Shown here piece after piece: positions 1 to 10,075 of a stretch of 64,000 nt of DNA. Position 1 is the first letter of the stretch. Each line of letters begins with the position of its first letter. The notes under the pieces were generated by a model, which was not told the origin of the DNA, ran no database searches, and worked only from the letters and a program-made list of their open reading frames with translations. Position numbers and translations under genes: made by a program. Source of the stretch: Bdellovibrionaceae bacterium UBA2339 (GTDB taxonomy: Bacteria > Bdellovibrionota > Bdellovibrionia > Bdellovibrionales > JAMPXM01); NCBI GenBank assembly GCA_002344785.1, contig DDUL01000006.1:2534-66533 (forward strand), given 5' to 3'.

Positions 1-189
1 GATGGTAATGAGTGGAAATTGTCGACCCTTGTGCTCGACATGATCTTCAACTCGAATTCGGGCCCGACCTTCGAGTGAGCGCACAAGCCGATGCAACGTC
101 ACCATTTCCGGCATTTTGCGTTCGAGTTCGCGTTCAAACGCGGGATCGTCGGCGAGAATTTGCAGAGCTGAGCGCGAAGAGTCCGACAT
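1..189 (-). CDS. hypothetical protein, N-terminal fragment (gene runs off the left edge)
   Basis: Absent from the ORF track because it has no in-window stop. Reverse-strand ATG at 189-187 has an AAAGGA-like SD upstream. The frame stays open for 63 codons to position 1 (MSDSSRSALQILADDPAFERELERKMPEMVTLHRLVRSLEGRARIRVEDHVEHKGRQFPLITI...). No family recognised. Confidence 0.4.
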   Translation of the reverse strand, partial: MSDSSRSALQILADDPAFERELERKMPEMVTLHRLVRSLEGRARIRVEDHVEHKGRQFPLITI

Positions 190-233
190 GTTCCTTTAGG
201 ATAAACATTTCTTTGACGAAGTGCTAGATCGGC

Positions 234-974
234 ATGGTGAGCCTTCAAATACTCTTTAAGAATGACGAGCTTCTTGCGGTCGCCAAACCCAGCGGCCTGC
301 CTTCGCAAGGCACTCGTGATCCGCGTCGGCCAAGTCTAGATGTGGTTTTGAGGCAACAGTTGTCTCTTGAAGAGCTCTATCCGGTGCACAGATTGGACGT
401 CGGCACTTCGGGCGTGATGCTATGGGCCCTCAACGCAGAGGCAGCCCGTGAGCTGAGCGAAGGCGTGCAAAGTCGCTCATGGACCAAAGTCTATTGGGCG
501 CTGGTCACTCGACAATCCCCGGCTTCACCAGGTTCTCGTCCAAAGCCAGCATCCTCAGCTTGGCCAGCTGATTTGTGGCGAGTTGAGAATCATCTCAAAT
601 TGACACGTTCCAGCCTCCGCGACTCGAAAAAGTCCGCGCGCAAAGTTTCATTGAATCTGCCCACCCGAAGCGGTGGGCAAAAGGCCATTACGGACTTTCG
701 CTGCCTGCTCAGCTCGGGCCGCTCCGCTCTCATTGAGGCTCGACCGCTCACCGGGCGCACCCATCAGATTCGCACGCACTTGGCGAGCTCTCACATGCCG
801 ATTCTGGGTGATGAAGCTTATGGCGGCGAGCCCGCATCGCGACTCATGCTGCACGCTTATCAACTGCGCTGGCCTTGGCGCGGGCAACTGATGGAGATCT
901 TCGCGGCGCCACCTGAGGAGTTTCAACTCGAGGCCGAGGCCCGTGGCCTCGATCTCAACGGCAAGAGCTGTTGA
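234..974 (+). CDS. RluA-family pseudouridine synthase (short form, no S4 domain)
   Basis: 246-aa ORF starting at ATG 234. Carries the catalytic-Asp motif HRLDVGTSGVMLWA and the GRTHQIRTHLA motif typical of RluA/RsuA-type synthases. Confidence 0.85.
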   Translation: MVSLQILFKNDELLAVAKPSGLPSQGTRDPRRPSLDVVLRQQLSLEELYPVHRLDVGTSGVMLWALNAEAARELSEGVQSRSWTKVYWALVTRQSPASPGSRPKPASSAWPADLWRVENHLKLTRSSLRDSKKSARKVSLNLPTRSGGQKAITDFRCLLSSGRSALIEARPLTGRTHQIRTHLASSHMPILGDEAYGGEPASRLMLHAYQLRWPWRGQLMEIFAAPPEEFQLEAEARGLDLNGKSC

Positions 975-1002
975 GATCTTGAAAATGTGAAGGTCTTCTG
1001 AA

Positions 1003-1251
1003 TTAGAGCTGCAACTTCCCTGCTTCAAGTGCGGCGACGAGATCCGTGTAGCCACCGATGAATTCATCGTTGATCAAAATCATCGGCACCGTCGCATGCC
1101 CGTAGTGGTCTTTGAGTCTCAAGAGCTCATCAATTTGATCGGTGAGATCGATTTTCTCAAACTGAAGTCCACGCGATTTAAACAACGCCTCAGCGCGATC
1201 GCAGTAGGGGCATGGCTTCTTAACGTACATTCGAATTTTAGGTTGGGACAA
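1003..1251 (-). CDS. grxC: glutaredoxin (Grx3-like)
   Basis: 82 aa with the CPYC active site (MYVKKPCPYCDRAEALF), TVPMILINDEFIGGYTDL and the GG motif. Lies directly downstream of mutM on the same strand. Confidence 0.85.
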   Translation of the reverse strand: MSQPKIRMYVKKPCPYCDRAEALFKSRGLQFEKIDLTDQIDELLRLKDHYGHATVPMILINDEFIGGYTDLVAALEAGKLQL

Positions 1252-1362
1252 TTTCGCCTCCCTCGCGTTGCGAGTTGATCGTTCGCCATTCTATCACAAA
1301 CCGCGAGCCCGAACGCGGCTCTCGTGAGCGGTTCAGGAATTGCCGCACTCAAGCCCGTATCG

Positions 1363-2208
1363 TCAACTTTGACAGGTCGGACACCAAAATGTGGAGCGCC
1401 CGCCCATCACTTGCGCTTTGATCACGCTCTTACACACTCGACACGCTTCGCCCGCCCGATCGTAAACGAAGTGGCGCTGTTGATACTCGCCGACTCTTCC
1501 GTCGGCCCCTCGATAGTCGCGAATTGTCGATCCACCTGAATCGATGGCCTCACTCAATACCTGTCGTACGGCCAGAATCAGCGCTTGAAGATCTTCTCGC
1601 TTCAGACTTCGCGGACGTCGACTGGGCCTGAGGCCCGCGCGAAACAGAGCTTCGCTCGCGTAGATGTTGCCTACGCCCACGACCACTCGAGCATCCATCA
1701 GCAAAACTTTGATGGGCACTTTGCGTGCTTGCCCCTGACGAGTTCGCAGCGCCGCCCACAACGCGTCGACATGAAAGTCTTCACTGAGTGGCTCAGGCCC
1801 CAAGTGACGCAAAAAACTTTGTTTGGCTTCTTGATCGACGGGATACCAATCCACAAACCCAAAGCGCCGCGGATCGTGAAAGACCAATGCGCGTCCATCA
1901 TCAAACTCCAGGCGCAAATGATCATGCTTGAGGCGCTGACCATCGTCGACCCGCCAAGATCCCGTCATACCGAGATGCGAGAGCAGCACGCCATGTTGTG
2001 TGTCGATCAGCAAGTATTTGGAGCGGCGGCGGATTCCAAGTATGCGCGCACCTTGAATTTCACGAACGAGCTTACGAGGAATGGGAAAGCGCAGATCCGC
2101 TCGGTGAAGCTTCAGAGCCTTCACCGTGACGGGCTGCTGGCGTGGCGGCGACAAGATGATCGGCACCAGCTCGCGCCGCAGGCTTTCGACTTCTGGTAGT
2201 TCGGGCAT
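1363..2208 (-). CDS. mutM: formamidopyrimidine-DNA glycosylase
   Basis: 281 aa. N-terminal MPELPEVE (catalytic Pro2/Glu3), an H2TH-like centre, and a C-terminal zinc finger CRVCKSVIKAQVMGGRSTFWCPTCQ. Confidence 0.93.
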   Translation of the reverse strand: MPELPEVESLRRELVPIILSPPRQQPVTVKALKLHRADLRFPIPRKLVREIQGARILGIRRRSKYLLIDTQHGVLLSHLGMTGSWRVDDGQRLKHDHLRLEFDDGRALVFHDPRRFGFVDWYPVDQEAKQSFLRHLGPEPLSEDFHVDALWAALRTRQGQARKVPIKVLLMDARVVVGVGNIYASEALFRAGLRPSRRPRSLKREDLQALILAVRQVLSEAIDSGGSTIRDYRGADGRVGEYQQRHFVYDRAGEACRVCKSVIKAQVMGGRSTFWCPTCQS

Positions 2209-2255
2209 ACAACTCCCCTATTTGGCCTCTACATGAGGCGGGAGTCAGCGCGAGG

Positions 2256-2657
2256 TCAAGTCGAGAGACGGGTCACAATCACCCAGACAATCCACATGTG
2301 AGTCAGGTGATGGAACATCTGATCAAATCCAAGGGCCACCCAGAACGGAGTTCGGGTCATGTCGGAATATCGACCCAAATACCGAGGACCGGCTTTGACT
2401 CGATCCATAAGAAAATGACTGACAAAATCCACGAGCGAAAGCCACCAAAGACTCGGCTCCATATAGAGGACAATCGCCAAAGTCATCGCGGAGTGAACGA
2501 AGCAATGCAGCGCCAAAGGCGGAACAAAGTCCCAGCCTGACTTCGTCTTTTTCAGCATGTAACGAGTTTGTAGAGGAAAGTCGGCAAGGAAGTGTTTCAC
2601 TTGAAACACTCCTAACAATACAAAGGCGATGAGTAATTGACTCTGTTGCCCTGCCAA
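2256..2657 (-). CDS. DUF3307-like small membrane protein
   Basis: 133 aa with several hydrophobic helices and the motif VKHFLADFPLQ characteristic of DUF3307. The start is TTG and is uncertain. Confidence 0.55.
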   Translation of the reverse strand: MAGQQSQLLIAFVLLGVFQVKHFLADFPLQTRYMLKKTKSGWDFVPPLALHCFVHSAMTLAIVLYMEPSLWWLSLVDFVSHFLMDRVKAGPRYLGRYSDMTRTPFWVALGFDQMFHHLTHMWIVWVIVTRLST

Positions 2658-2735
2658 GCCGCGGCTCCCTCGATGCCCATCAAGTTGTCACTAATGACTC
2701 ATCGTCATTTCATCGTCGGTGAATTAACTGAACCT

Positions 2736-3308
2736 TCACTTTGTACCCAAAACCTTTCGCTCCGGAGCGACATCTGGTTTTAGGTCGAGTTCCCGATAAG
2801 CATCGACGCGATCCAAGCGATCCGCCAAATCGCGCAGCAATTCGCGCTTATGCACATATCTGCGTCGGCGGGCCTCTTGGCGTCGCTCGCGACCCTCCAC
2901 CCGCTGCTGATCTCGGGCCTCGAGCCGCTCGGCTCGCGCCATCGAATAAACCACACGCGTTCGAAGATGTGCTTGGCGCGCAGCCTCGCGCTCAGCTTCT
3001 AAACGTTGTCGCTCAAGTTTGATCTGCTCAATCGACTCCCGCTCACGAGTGGGTCGCTTCGAGCGCATTTGCAGAAAACTTTGAAAATCATAGTTACGCT
3101 GACTCAGGCGGCGCGATTCTTCAGTGAGTGAGTTGGCGTCGATCGCATCGGTCTCCGACGCATAAGTCTCAACGACGTCCGTCTGCGAGGCGTAAGAGTC
3201 GGCCGACAGAACGAAGCCACCGAGGATCACAATGGCCCAGAGCCCCAAGCCCCAAACTCGGCATCGGACCTCAAACTCCCTTTGTCGACTTCGAAGTTCG
3301 CGATTCAT
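2736..3308 (-). CDS. hypothetical membrane-anchored Arg/Glu-rich coiled-coil protein
   Basis: 190 aa. One N-terminal TM or signal anchor (VWGLGLWAIVILGGFVLSA) is followed by a highly charged R/E-rich helical sequence. No family recognised. Confidence 0.5.
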   Translation of the reverse strand: MNRELRSRQREFEVRCRVWGLGLWAIVILGGFVLSADSYASQTDVVETYASETDAIDANSLTEESRRLSQRNYDFQSFLQMRSKRPTRERESIEQIKLERQRLEAEREAARQAHLRTRVVYSMARAERLEARDQQRVEGRERRQEARRRRYVHKRELLRDLADRLDRVDAYRELDLKPDVAPERKVLGTK

Positions 3309-3410
3309 AGGCGCAAGCCTCCCCGCTTAGCTTTTCGGCAAGACCCGAGGTGGCATTGATGAAAGCCCTGCCCTGAAGTTCCAAGCCCTACGAAACTAGA
3401 CTCTCGTCCA

Positions 3411-4574
3411 ATGGACCAAGGTCGGAGGATCGACGAATCTCGAGTCATGAGTTCATTCACTGATACGCTGCTGAAGTCGCTTGCCGAAACCGTCGTCCCG
3501 GAAACGCTACAGTTTCTTCTCACCTTGCTCATCCTCGGCGTGTTTTTACTGGGCATGATCGTCGTGGTGAGCGGCTTCTTTGCTCAACAACAAGCCCAAG
3601 CGCGTAGCTTTCGACGAATGAAAGGTCAGCTGTGGGCGAGATCCCTGAACGATGAATGGCATGAGCGTAAGCGCAGTCTCGAATCTCTCTTCCTTTCGAA
3701 GCGCGAGTGGAAAGAGCGCGAAAAGGCGGATCGCGATGAGGAAAAGCGCCGCGATCAAGATGGGCTTGCCGCTCGATCTCGCGTTTGGGTGCTCGAATTT
3801 GAAGGTGATCTGGAAGCCACAGCCGTTGAAAAGCTGCGCCACGAAATCACCGCCGTGCTCGAGGTCGCCACAGCAGATCGCGACCAAATCGTGCTTCGCC
3901 TGAACTCGCCGGGCGGCACAGTGACTGGCTACGGACATGCCGCCGCGCAATTGGAGCGCGTGCGCCGCGCGGGCTTAAGGCTGACGGCCACTGTCGACGA
4001 AATCGCAGCCAGCGGCGGCTACATGATGGCGTCGGTGGCCGATCGAATCGTCGCAGCCCCCTTTGCAATTCTAGGCTCAATCGGGGTGATCGCCGAACTC
4101 CCCAATCTCAACCGCCTGTTGAAGCGTGCCGATGTCGACTGGTATCAATTCACAGCGGGCGAGGCCAAGCGACCCCTCAGTGTTTTCGGCGAAGTGAAGC
4201 CTGAAGGCATTGCGATTTTCCGAGCGCAAATCGAATCGACGCACAAACTTTTTCAGGATCATGTGCGTCGCTATCGTCCACAGTTGGACTTGGCCAAAGT
4301 GGCCACCGGCGAGATTTGGCATGCCCGCCAAGCTCAGGAACTGGGGCTGATCGACGAAATCAAAACCAGCGACGAGCTGCTCACCGAACTTCGTCGTGGT
4401 GGCCCGTCACTGCCTGGAGCTGAAGTCTTCGCCCTGGAGTGGCGGCCGCATTTGTCGTGGAAAGAGCGCTTCGGACCTATGCTCTCGCGTGGACTGATCC
4501 GCCTTCTCCGCTCGGCATGGCAGCGCGGAATGCTTTCGCAGCCCGCACTTCTCAAAGCTCCCGAGAAATTTTAA
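3411..4574 (+). CDS. sohB: S49-family inner-membrane peptidase, SohB-like
   Basis: 387-aa ORF with an N-terminal TM (LLTLLILGVFLLGMIVVV). S49 motifs LNSPGGTVTGYG and ASGGYMMASVADRIVAAPFAILGSIGV are present. The start could be ATG 3411 or ATG 3447. Confidence 0.8.
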   Translation: MDQGRRIDESRVMSSFTDTLLKSLAETVVPETLQFLLTLLILGVFLLGMIVVVSGFFAQQQAQARSFRRMKGQLWARSLNDEWHERKRSLESLFLSKREWKEREKADRDEEKRRDQDGLAARSRVWVLEFEGDLEATAVEKLRHEITAVLEVATADRDQIVLRLNSPGGTVTGYGHAAAQLERVRRAGLRLTATVDEIAASGGYMMASVADRIVAAPFAILGSIGVIAELPNLNRLLKRADVDWYQFTAGEAKRPLSVFGEVKPEGIAIFRAQIESTHKLFQDHVRRYRPQLDLAKVATGEIWHARQAQELGLIDEIKTSDELLTELRRGGPSLPGAEVFALEWRPHLSWKERFGPMLSRGLIRLLRSAWQRGMLSQPALLKAPEKF

Positions 4575-4945
4575 TCGCGCCGAGGAAACAGCCTGTCCAC
4601 TTCGGCCTGCATGCGACCGGTGAGCATCAGGCGAAACATCCGCCAATCACCTCGTAGACTGAGCCATGGCGCCTTGAAGGTCGCCGGGCGATTGCCCTCG
4701 ACCACGAAATGCCCCAGCCACGCAAAGAAATAGCCCGCGACGGGCGCTGCCAATAAAAGCCGAAAGTCTTGCGTGATGAGAGCCAGTAGAATCACCGTCA
4801 GAGCCAGGGCTGAACCCACAAAGTGCAGCTGTCGGTTGAGAGGTCGAAGGTGTTCCCCCACGTAAAAGGGCCAAAACTTTTCAAAGCTCTGCCGATCCAT
4901 GGGGTAGCTCGAGTTCACTGTGGATTGAGTCGACTTTTCAGGCAT
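4571..4945 (-). CDS. DUF962 (Mpo1-like) membrane protein
   Basis: 124 aa. FWPFYVGEHLRPLNRQLHFVGS plus GHFVVEGNRPATF match the DUF962 pattern. The stop overlaps the sohB stop convergently by 4 nt. Confidence 0.6.
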   Translation of the reverse strand: MPEKSTQSTVNSSYPMDRQSFEKFWPFYVGEHLRPLNRQLHFVGSALALTVILLALITQDFRLLLAAPVAGYFFAWLGHFVVEGNRPATFKAPWLSLRGDWRMFRLMLTGRMQAEVDRLFPRRD

Positions 4946-5380
4946 ACCACCCCCTCTACAAAGAAGTTATTGACGACGCTTGGCCTGTCAGCGATTTAGT
5001 GAACTCATGTCACGTAGCCCCGCGCTTACATCGAATTGGCCAAATTGGGTCGCCGCTCGCTCTTATGCTAGTGGCGCGGCCTCAATTTCTCCAAGCGCTA
5101 AACCCATGGGTACGGCGACACTTCAACATGCCTTAGCGATTGCGAGCATGATGTTGGCACTTTGGGCTTTGGGCCGCATGCCGATGCCGTCGACGATGAA
5201 ACTCGAAGACACCAAAATCACCGACGAAGTTGTGACCGAAGGCTCGTTCGTTCCCCCGCAACAGGGCGAATGGATTTCAGATTGCGCCTCAACAACTGAT
5301 CAAAGCGACCGCTGCCAATAAGTTCGAGCGCAAAGCGACTCGACGGCAATTCCCACTCTAAATTCTTTCCCACTCAAAAT

Positions 5381-7705
5381 TTAAGGCAGTCCCAGACGGC
5401 GAGGCTCGATCATTTGCGCCGAGCGAATGAGGTCGTCTTGCGGAGTCTCTGCATCTCCACCGCTTCCTGATCGCGACAACAACTGCTTCAGTTCGCTCGA
5501 GATGGGGCGCCACTGAGGCGCGTACCACGAGCCCTTAAGTCCCCAAACAAGATGGCGAGCCGCCGGATAGTCGGCTGTAATTTCTTGGTCGACCTCGGCC
5601 AGCCGTGAAACTGAACCGCGTGACGACAAGGTCACGCGACCGACCCCTTGCCCCAAGGTCATCTGCAGTTTGTCCCAACGAAAGCCTTCGTTCTCAATCG
5701 TGCCACGCAGTTGCACATCTTGGGCTTTCAAAAATTCACGACCCCCGGGACCTTCCCATCCCAACAACGCCGGTCGCAAATTCTGAAAGCTCGTGCCGCT
5801 TCGGCGAAACGCGAGATCCGAGGCCTTGGCCACCACACGCACTTGCGGCGGACCCTTTCCAGCGACGGCCTCGCGCCCACGTGAAGCTTCAAGCTCCAAG
5901 CGCGGCGCTTCGAACTCGTCCAAATTGAGTTCTCGAGCTTCGATCTGGGCCTGCACATCAACCAATCCCAAGTCACGCAAGGCAAACTCAATTTGGCCCT
6001 TGAGTTTCGCCACCGGTCCACCCCACATGACGCGTTCCACGCGCGGGCTCAAGCGAAGCTGTGAAAAGTTCATTTGCAACCGACCGTTCTGCAAGCTTCG
6101 ATCAAATGACCAAGCGATCTGACCGCTGAACTCACCCTCTTCCAGAGCGATCTCACTGAGTTCACCCTGCCAGCCTCGCGGCGAAAGCTCGGCGCGCGTC
6201 TTCAGCTGCTGGAGTTTTTGTTGCACATGCTGGCCACGCGCTTGCACGGCCAGATGCAGCCGCGTCCACTGTCCCTCGAGCACCGCCGCTTGCGGACCTG
6301 AGACCACAACTTGACCATCGAACTGACCTGGGTCTTGAACGACACCTTTGGGGACTTTCAAATCAAAGGTCTCAATCAATCGTGCAAGCGACACAGCTTG
6401 AATCTTCATGGTGAAGGGCGACCAACTGCCGCTTGGCAAGCGCAGCGCCTCATCGACGCGAATGCGGCCCAACTGCCCGCTCACTTCGCAAGCACGAATC
6501 TTCACCGGCTGCTCCACCAACATTTTTTGAAACAATCCCGCCACCGAAGCCTGGCAATCCAACCAAACGAACTTCGGTTGAAATGCACCCTCGACGATGG
6601 AGGCTTTGTGAAACAGCGGCGTCAAAATCGACAGCGGCAAATTCTTCAGCTCAACAACGACTTCGCTCAACAAATCACGCTGCGCTTTGAGTTCGACAGG
6701 CTTGAGTTGCGCTCGCGCGCTGAGGCTTCCTTCATTGAGTTCAGCGCGGACATCCAACTCCGCGATGCTGGCGCGAACATCGCCCTGAATTTGAAATGGT
6801 GGCAAGTTTTCCCCGTACACGGTCGGCGGCGGCAAGCGAAGCCGAGTCTTGAGCTGAAAGCCGGGCTCTCCGCCCGCATACTCTCGCCAATTCAGCTGCA
6901 AGTCCTCGATCACCACACTCTTGCTTCGACGTTCAAAGATCACCTCGGCGCGATCAATCCGAATGCCCTGAATGCGCGGGCGAATTCGATCGAAGTCTTC
7001 AGTTCGCCAAAACTTCGAGGCCTGAGTGGTCGCGGCGGCCTCTTCAACGGGAAGCGCACTCAGCGTATCGCGAACAGTTTCGCCCGTGGCGCGTAGCACT
7101 TGGCGGATCGTGACGGGCGAAGGCCCCGCACCGCTCGCAGCGTTCGCGCCTGACACTGGCGACGCGCAGGAGCGCTTCACTTCATCCACATCAATGACGA
7201 AATCCTCGAGGGCGACTTCACCGAGTGCCAAAGCCGAGGCAAAATCACCCTCGATTCCAGATCTCAAAAGCGACCCTACGGAGAGAGGCAAGCGAATCGA
7301 CTTCGCACGCACCGGCACAAATTCAGGGCAAGTTTGCGGGGCCTGCCATTCAATTCGCTCAAAGACCAAAGCGAACTCTGGCCACGCGCCTTTGGCGAGC
7401 GAGAGTCGCGCTGATGCGAATTGAATGCCTTTGAGCTCAGGCGAGGCCTCTGCGATTCGTGTGAGGGCTTCTTCGGCGATCGCTTTCACCTGCTTGGGCG
7501 ACAGAGCCGCGCGAAACGACCAACCCAAGCCCATGGCCACCAAGAGCGCGAGAAAAAACCAACGAAGACCATTTTGCTGGCTCACTTCATCATGGCCAGC
7601 GGCATTTCGTCGCGACCTGCGACGCTGCAACTCCGTGAGCCGAGCGTTTGCCGGTGATCTGCGGTTATTTTCCGGTGGGCGTCGCGAATTCATAGCTTCG
7701 ATCAC
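5381..7705 (-). CDS. large envelope protein with N-terminal membrane anchor (possibly AsmA-like)
   Basis: 774-aa ORF. A basic N-terminus is followed by one TM (WFFLALLVAMGLGW) and then a long beta-rich, Cys-poor body. The AsmA-like call rests on architecture only, not on a recognised motif. Confidence 0.45.
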   Translation of the reverse strand: MIEAMNSRRPPENNRRSPANARLTELQRRRSRRNAAGHDEVSQQNGLRWFFLALLVAMGLGWSFRAALSPKQVKAIAEEALTRIAEASPELKGIQFASARLSLAKGAWPEFALVFERIEWQAPQTCPEFVPVRAKSIRLPLSVGSLLRSGIEGDFASALALGEVALEDFVIDVDEVKRSCASPVSGANAASGAGPSPVTIRQVLRATGETVRDTLSALPVEEAAATTQASKFWRTEDFDRIRPRIQGIRIDRAEVIFERRSKSVVIEDLQLNWREYAGGEPGFQLKTRLRLPPPTVYGENLPPFQIQGDVRASIAELDVRAELNEGSLSARAQLKPVELKAQRDLLSEVVVELKNLPLSILTPLFHKASIVEGAFQPKFVWLDCQASVAGLFQKMLVEQPVKIRACEVSGQLGRIRVDEALRLPSGSWSPFTMKIQAVSLARLIETFDLKVPKGVVQDPGQFDGQVVVSGPQAAVLEGQWTRLHLAVQARGQHVQQKLQQLKTRAELSPRGWQGELSEIALEEGEFSGQIAWSFDRSLQNGRLQMNFSQLRLSPRVERVMWGGPVAKLKGQIEFALRDLGLVDVQAQIEARELNLDEFEAPRLELEASRGREAVAGKGPPQVRVVAKASDLAFRRSGTSFQNLRPALLGWEGPGGREFLKAQDVQLRGTIENEGFRWDKLQMTLGQGVGRVTLSSRGSVSRLAEVDQEITADYPAARHLVWGLKGSWYAPQWRPISSELKQLLSRSGSGGDAETPQDDLIRSAQMIEPRRLGLP

Positions 7706-7746
7706 CTGCCTTCAGCTTTGCTGAAGTCGAAGTCTGCAATTTCGGA

Positions 7747-8274
7747 TTACTGAAACTTCAATCCCGTGATCTCCAGCTCACGATCACCTTTGGGCGAACG
7801 CACTGTGACCACATCACCGACTTTTTTTCCGATCATCGCACGGGCGATCGGCGAAAGAATTGAGATCCGGCCCTCTTTCACATCGGCTTCATCGACGCCG
7901 ACGATTTGCACCTTCATCACTTCTTCGGTTTCGGTATCAATCGTTTCCACAAAGGCGCCAAAGATCACGCGGTCGCCACCCAAAGTGGAAGGATCCACGA
8001 TCTCAGCTCCCGCCAGGCGACCTTGGATCTCCGCAATTCGCCCTTCAACAAGGGCCTGGCGCTCCTTGGCCGCATCATATTCCGCATTTTCAGAAATATC
8101 GCCGTGAGCTCGAGCCTCTTCAATGGCGCGAATGACCGACGGACGCTCGACAGTGATCAAGCGCTTCAATTCTTCTTCGAGCTTTTGCTTGCCACGAATG
8201 GTGATCGGCAGTCGTTCGGGTAAGCCGCCGTTTTTGCTATCCTGCTCGGCCATGTTGCCGGCTCCTTTGTTCAT
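7747..8274 (-). CDS. greA: transcription elongation factor GreA
   Basis: 175 aa. ITIRGKQKLEEELKRL, the signature HGDISENAEYDAAKERQ, and the C-terminal ISILSPIARAMIGKKVGD. The start is either 8274 or the MAEQD Met at 8253. Confidence 0.93.
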   Translation of the reverse strand: MNKGAGNMAEQDSKNGGLPERLPITIRGKQKLEEELKRLITVERPSVIRAIEEARAHGDISENAEYDAAKERQALVEGRIAEIQGRLAGAEIVDPSTLGGDRVIFGAFVETIDTETEEVMKVQIVGVDEADVKEGRISILSPIARAMIGKKVGDVVTVRSPKGDRELEITGLKFQ

Positions 8275-8712
8275 TACGCAAAAATAAACCAGCGTGACCG
8301 TTGTGCGGCCACGCCTTGTCTTGCTTCTCTATTTTTCTTCAGCACCTCGTAATTCGCAATCGCTGCAAATTACCTTGGCCGGATCAGCCCTGCCCACTTC
8401 ACAGCGACATCCGGATGCCAGACCGACTCGCCACTCGCCCTAAGTCGAGCGCAGACCAGCCTTAAGCCGTCCCACGCTAGTTTCAATTTCCAGTTTTGTC
8501 AGCAGCCGCTCGGCAAACAGCCGACAAGTTTCACATTTAACGCGTCGCAAGCAACACGAACGATGAGCCCATCGACCACACTCTGTATCCTATTTCGAGG
8601 TCGCGCCAGATTGAGGACGCTTCAGGTCGCGCCACGCAATCCGGCCTCTTGGACATGAAAATCCGTGTTGGCCGCAGAGATTCACGAAGCGCAAAGCGAG
8701 GAGATTGCTTCC

Positions 8713-9759
8713 ATGCCACCCTCATCGGCTCAGGTGACGTCCCCATCCGATCGATCCGCGCCGCAGAAGCTGGTGCAGAGCATTCGCCAAGCGCAGAACA
8801 TTTGGCTGACAACACATCGTCAAGCCGATGGCGACGGCTTAGCTTGTCAGGCCGCTCTGTTCTCAGCGCTCACCTCGCTGGGCAAGTCCGCCAAGATTTT
8901 GAATTTTGAAAATCCGGCGCGCAAATATCGCTTCCTCTTCGAGGACGCCGCACCTCGCATCTTCGATGCGGACCTCAATCCCGATCCCCCTGAACTCATC
9001 ATTGTGTTCGACACCAATGATCCGCGCTTGGTTTCGCCGCTGGCCGAATGGGCCACGCAGCGCCAGGTGCCGCTGGCGATGCTCGATCATCACCAGGCCC
9101 TCAGCGTGCCCGTCGCAGGTTTTGATCCGGAACTTTCTTGGATTGATGTTCAAGCCGCGTCCACCGGCGAAGTGACGCTGGCTCTCATCGACGAACTGGG
9201 CATCGAACTGACACCCAAGATCGCCACTGCCCTCTATGCAAGCTTGGCTTTCGACACGCAACTCTTTCGCTTTGTGCGCGGCTCGCCCCGATCGCATTTG
9301 ATGGCGGCTCGACTTTTGCCGCTCGTTGACGATCCCGCGCGCGTGCAGGAGTCTCTGTTTGCCAATCTCACGCCCAGCAAATTGCACTTTATGGCCGAGG
9401 CCCTCGCGGCTTTGCGCATCGAACACGAAGGCCAGCTGGCTGTGGTGATTCTGCGTCGCACGCTCTTTGATCGCACGGGTGCCGAGGCCTCGGACTCCGG
9501 CGACGTCGTCGATCTCGCACTGAATGTGGAATCGGTGCGAATCGCCTTGCTTCTTCGCGAAGAAAAGGAAGGCTTCTGGAAGATTTCTCTGCGCAGCAAA
9601 CGCAACGTGAGCGTCTCCGAAATCGCCGAAGCCATGGGCGGAGGCGGCCATCGACATGCCGCCGGCGCCAGCGTGAAGGGTCAAGCCAGCGAAATTGAAG
9701 CGCGGCTTCGTCCGTTATTGATTGAACAGCTTCGCAAAGCCAATCTCGAGCACGGGTGA
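8713..9759 (+). CDS. nrnA: DHH/DHHA1 phosphoesterase, NrnA-like (oligoribonuclease / pAp phosphatase)
   Basis: DHH-family motifs HRQADGDGLAC, FDTND and MLDHHQ, plus the DHHA1 motif GGGGHRHAAGA. I chose ATG 8713 (GAGGAG SD 9 nt upstream) over the TTG/GTG ORF-track start at 8665. Confidence 0.85.
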   Translation: MPPSSAQVTSPSDRSAPQKLVQSIRQAQNIWLTTHRQADGDGLACQAALFSALTSLGKSAKILNFENPARKYRFLFEDAAPRIFDADLNPDPPELIIVFDTNDPRLVSPLAEWATQRQVPLAMLDHHQALSVPVAGFDPELSWIDVQAASTGEVTLALIDELGIELTPKIATALYASLAFDTQLFRFVRGSPRSHLMAARLLPLVDDPARVQESLFANLTPSKLHFMAEALAALRIEHEGQLAVVILRRTLFDRTGAEASDSGDVVDLALNVESVRIALLLREEKEGFWKISLRSKRNVSVSEIAEAMGGGGHRHAAGASVKGQASEIEARLRPLLIEQLRKANLEHG

Positions 9760-9763
9760 GCCA

Positions 9764-10075
9764 GTGAATTCCGACTCTCGTTCACCCAAATCTCCGCATC
9801 GACGTCCCGACTCTCGCGATCCTCGCACGCGAGCGGAGCGTGAATGCGACGAAGAGGTGATATGCCTCTGCAATGAAGTCCAGCGCCAAACCATTGAGAA
9901 GGCCATTCGCGACGGCGCACACAGCATGAACGAAATCTTTGATCAGACGACAGCCGGAGTTGGACCCTGTGGAGGGAGCTGCCGTCGAATTCTACAGCCG
10001 CTGCTCGAGGGCTACCTTCGCGATGGGAAATTTCCCGAGGGACAACTGCGCCGAGGCAAAGGCCGCAAAGCTTAG
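9764..10075 (+). CDS. bfd: BFD-like [2Fe-2S]-binding protein (bacterioferritin-associated ferredoxin type)
   Basis: Cys pattern C-x-C ... C-x-x-x-C (VICLCNEVQ ... GVGPCGGSCRRIL) with a helical linker, typical of the Fer2_BFD domain. The start is uncertain: TTG 9722 overlaps nrnA, GTG 9764 is annotated here, and GTG 9857 would give a canonical protein of about 72 aa. Confidence 0.7.
   Translation: MNSDSRSPKSPHRRPDSRDPRTRAERECDEEVICLCNEVQRQTIEKAIRDGAHSMNEIFDQTTAGVGPCGGSCRRILQPLLEGYLRDGKFPEGQLRRGKGRKA

Noticed and set aside
4980-5321. 113-aa plus-strand ORF in the gap between the DUF962 gene and the 774-aa gene
   Set aside because: It has a TTG start, no SD, no recognisable motif and an odd composition. 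It may be real, but I cannot support it from sequence alone.
8275-8712. 438-bp divergent intergenic region between greA and nrnA, examined for an RNA gene (SRP RNA, 6S, tmRNA, riboswitch)
   Set aside because: I could not find any conserved RNA signature by eye, such as the SRP GGAA/AGCA tetraloop context or tmRNA ends. It most likely holds two promoters and leaders. A covariance-model scan would be needed to exclude an sRNA.
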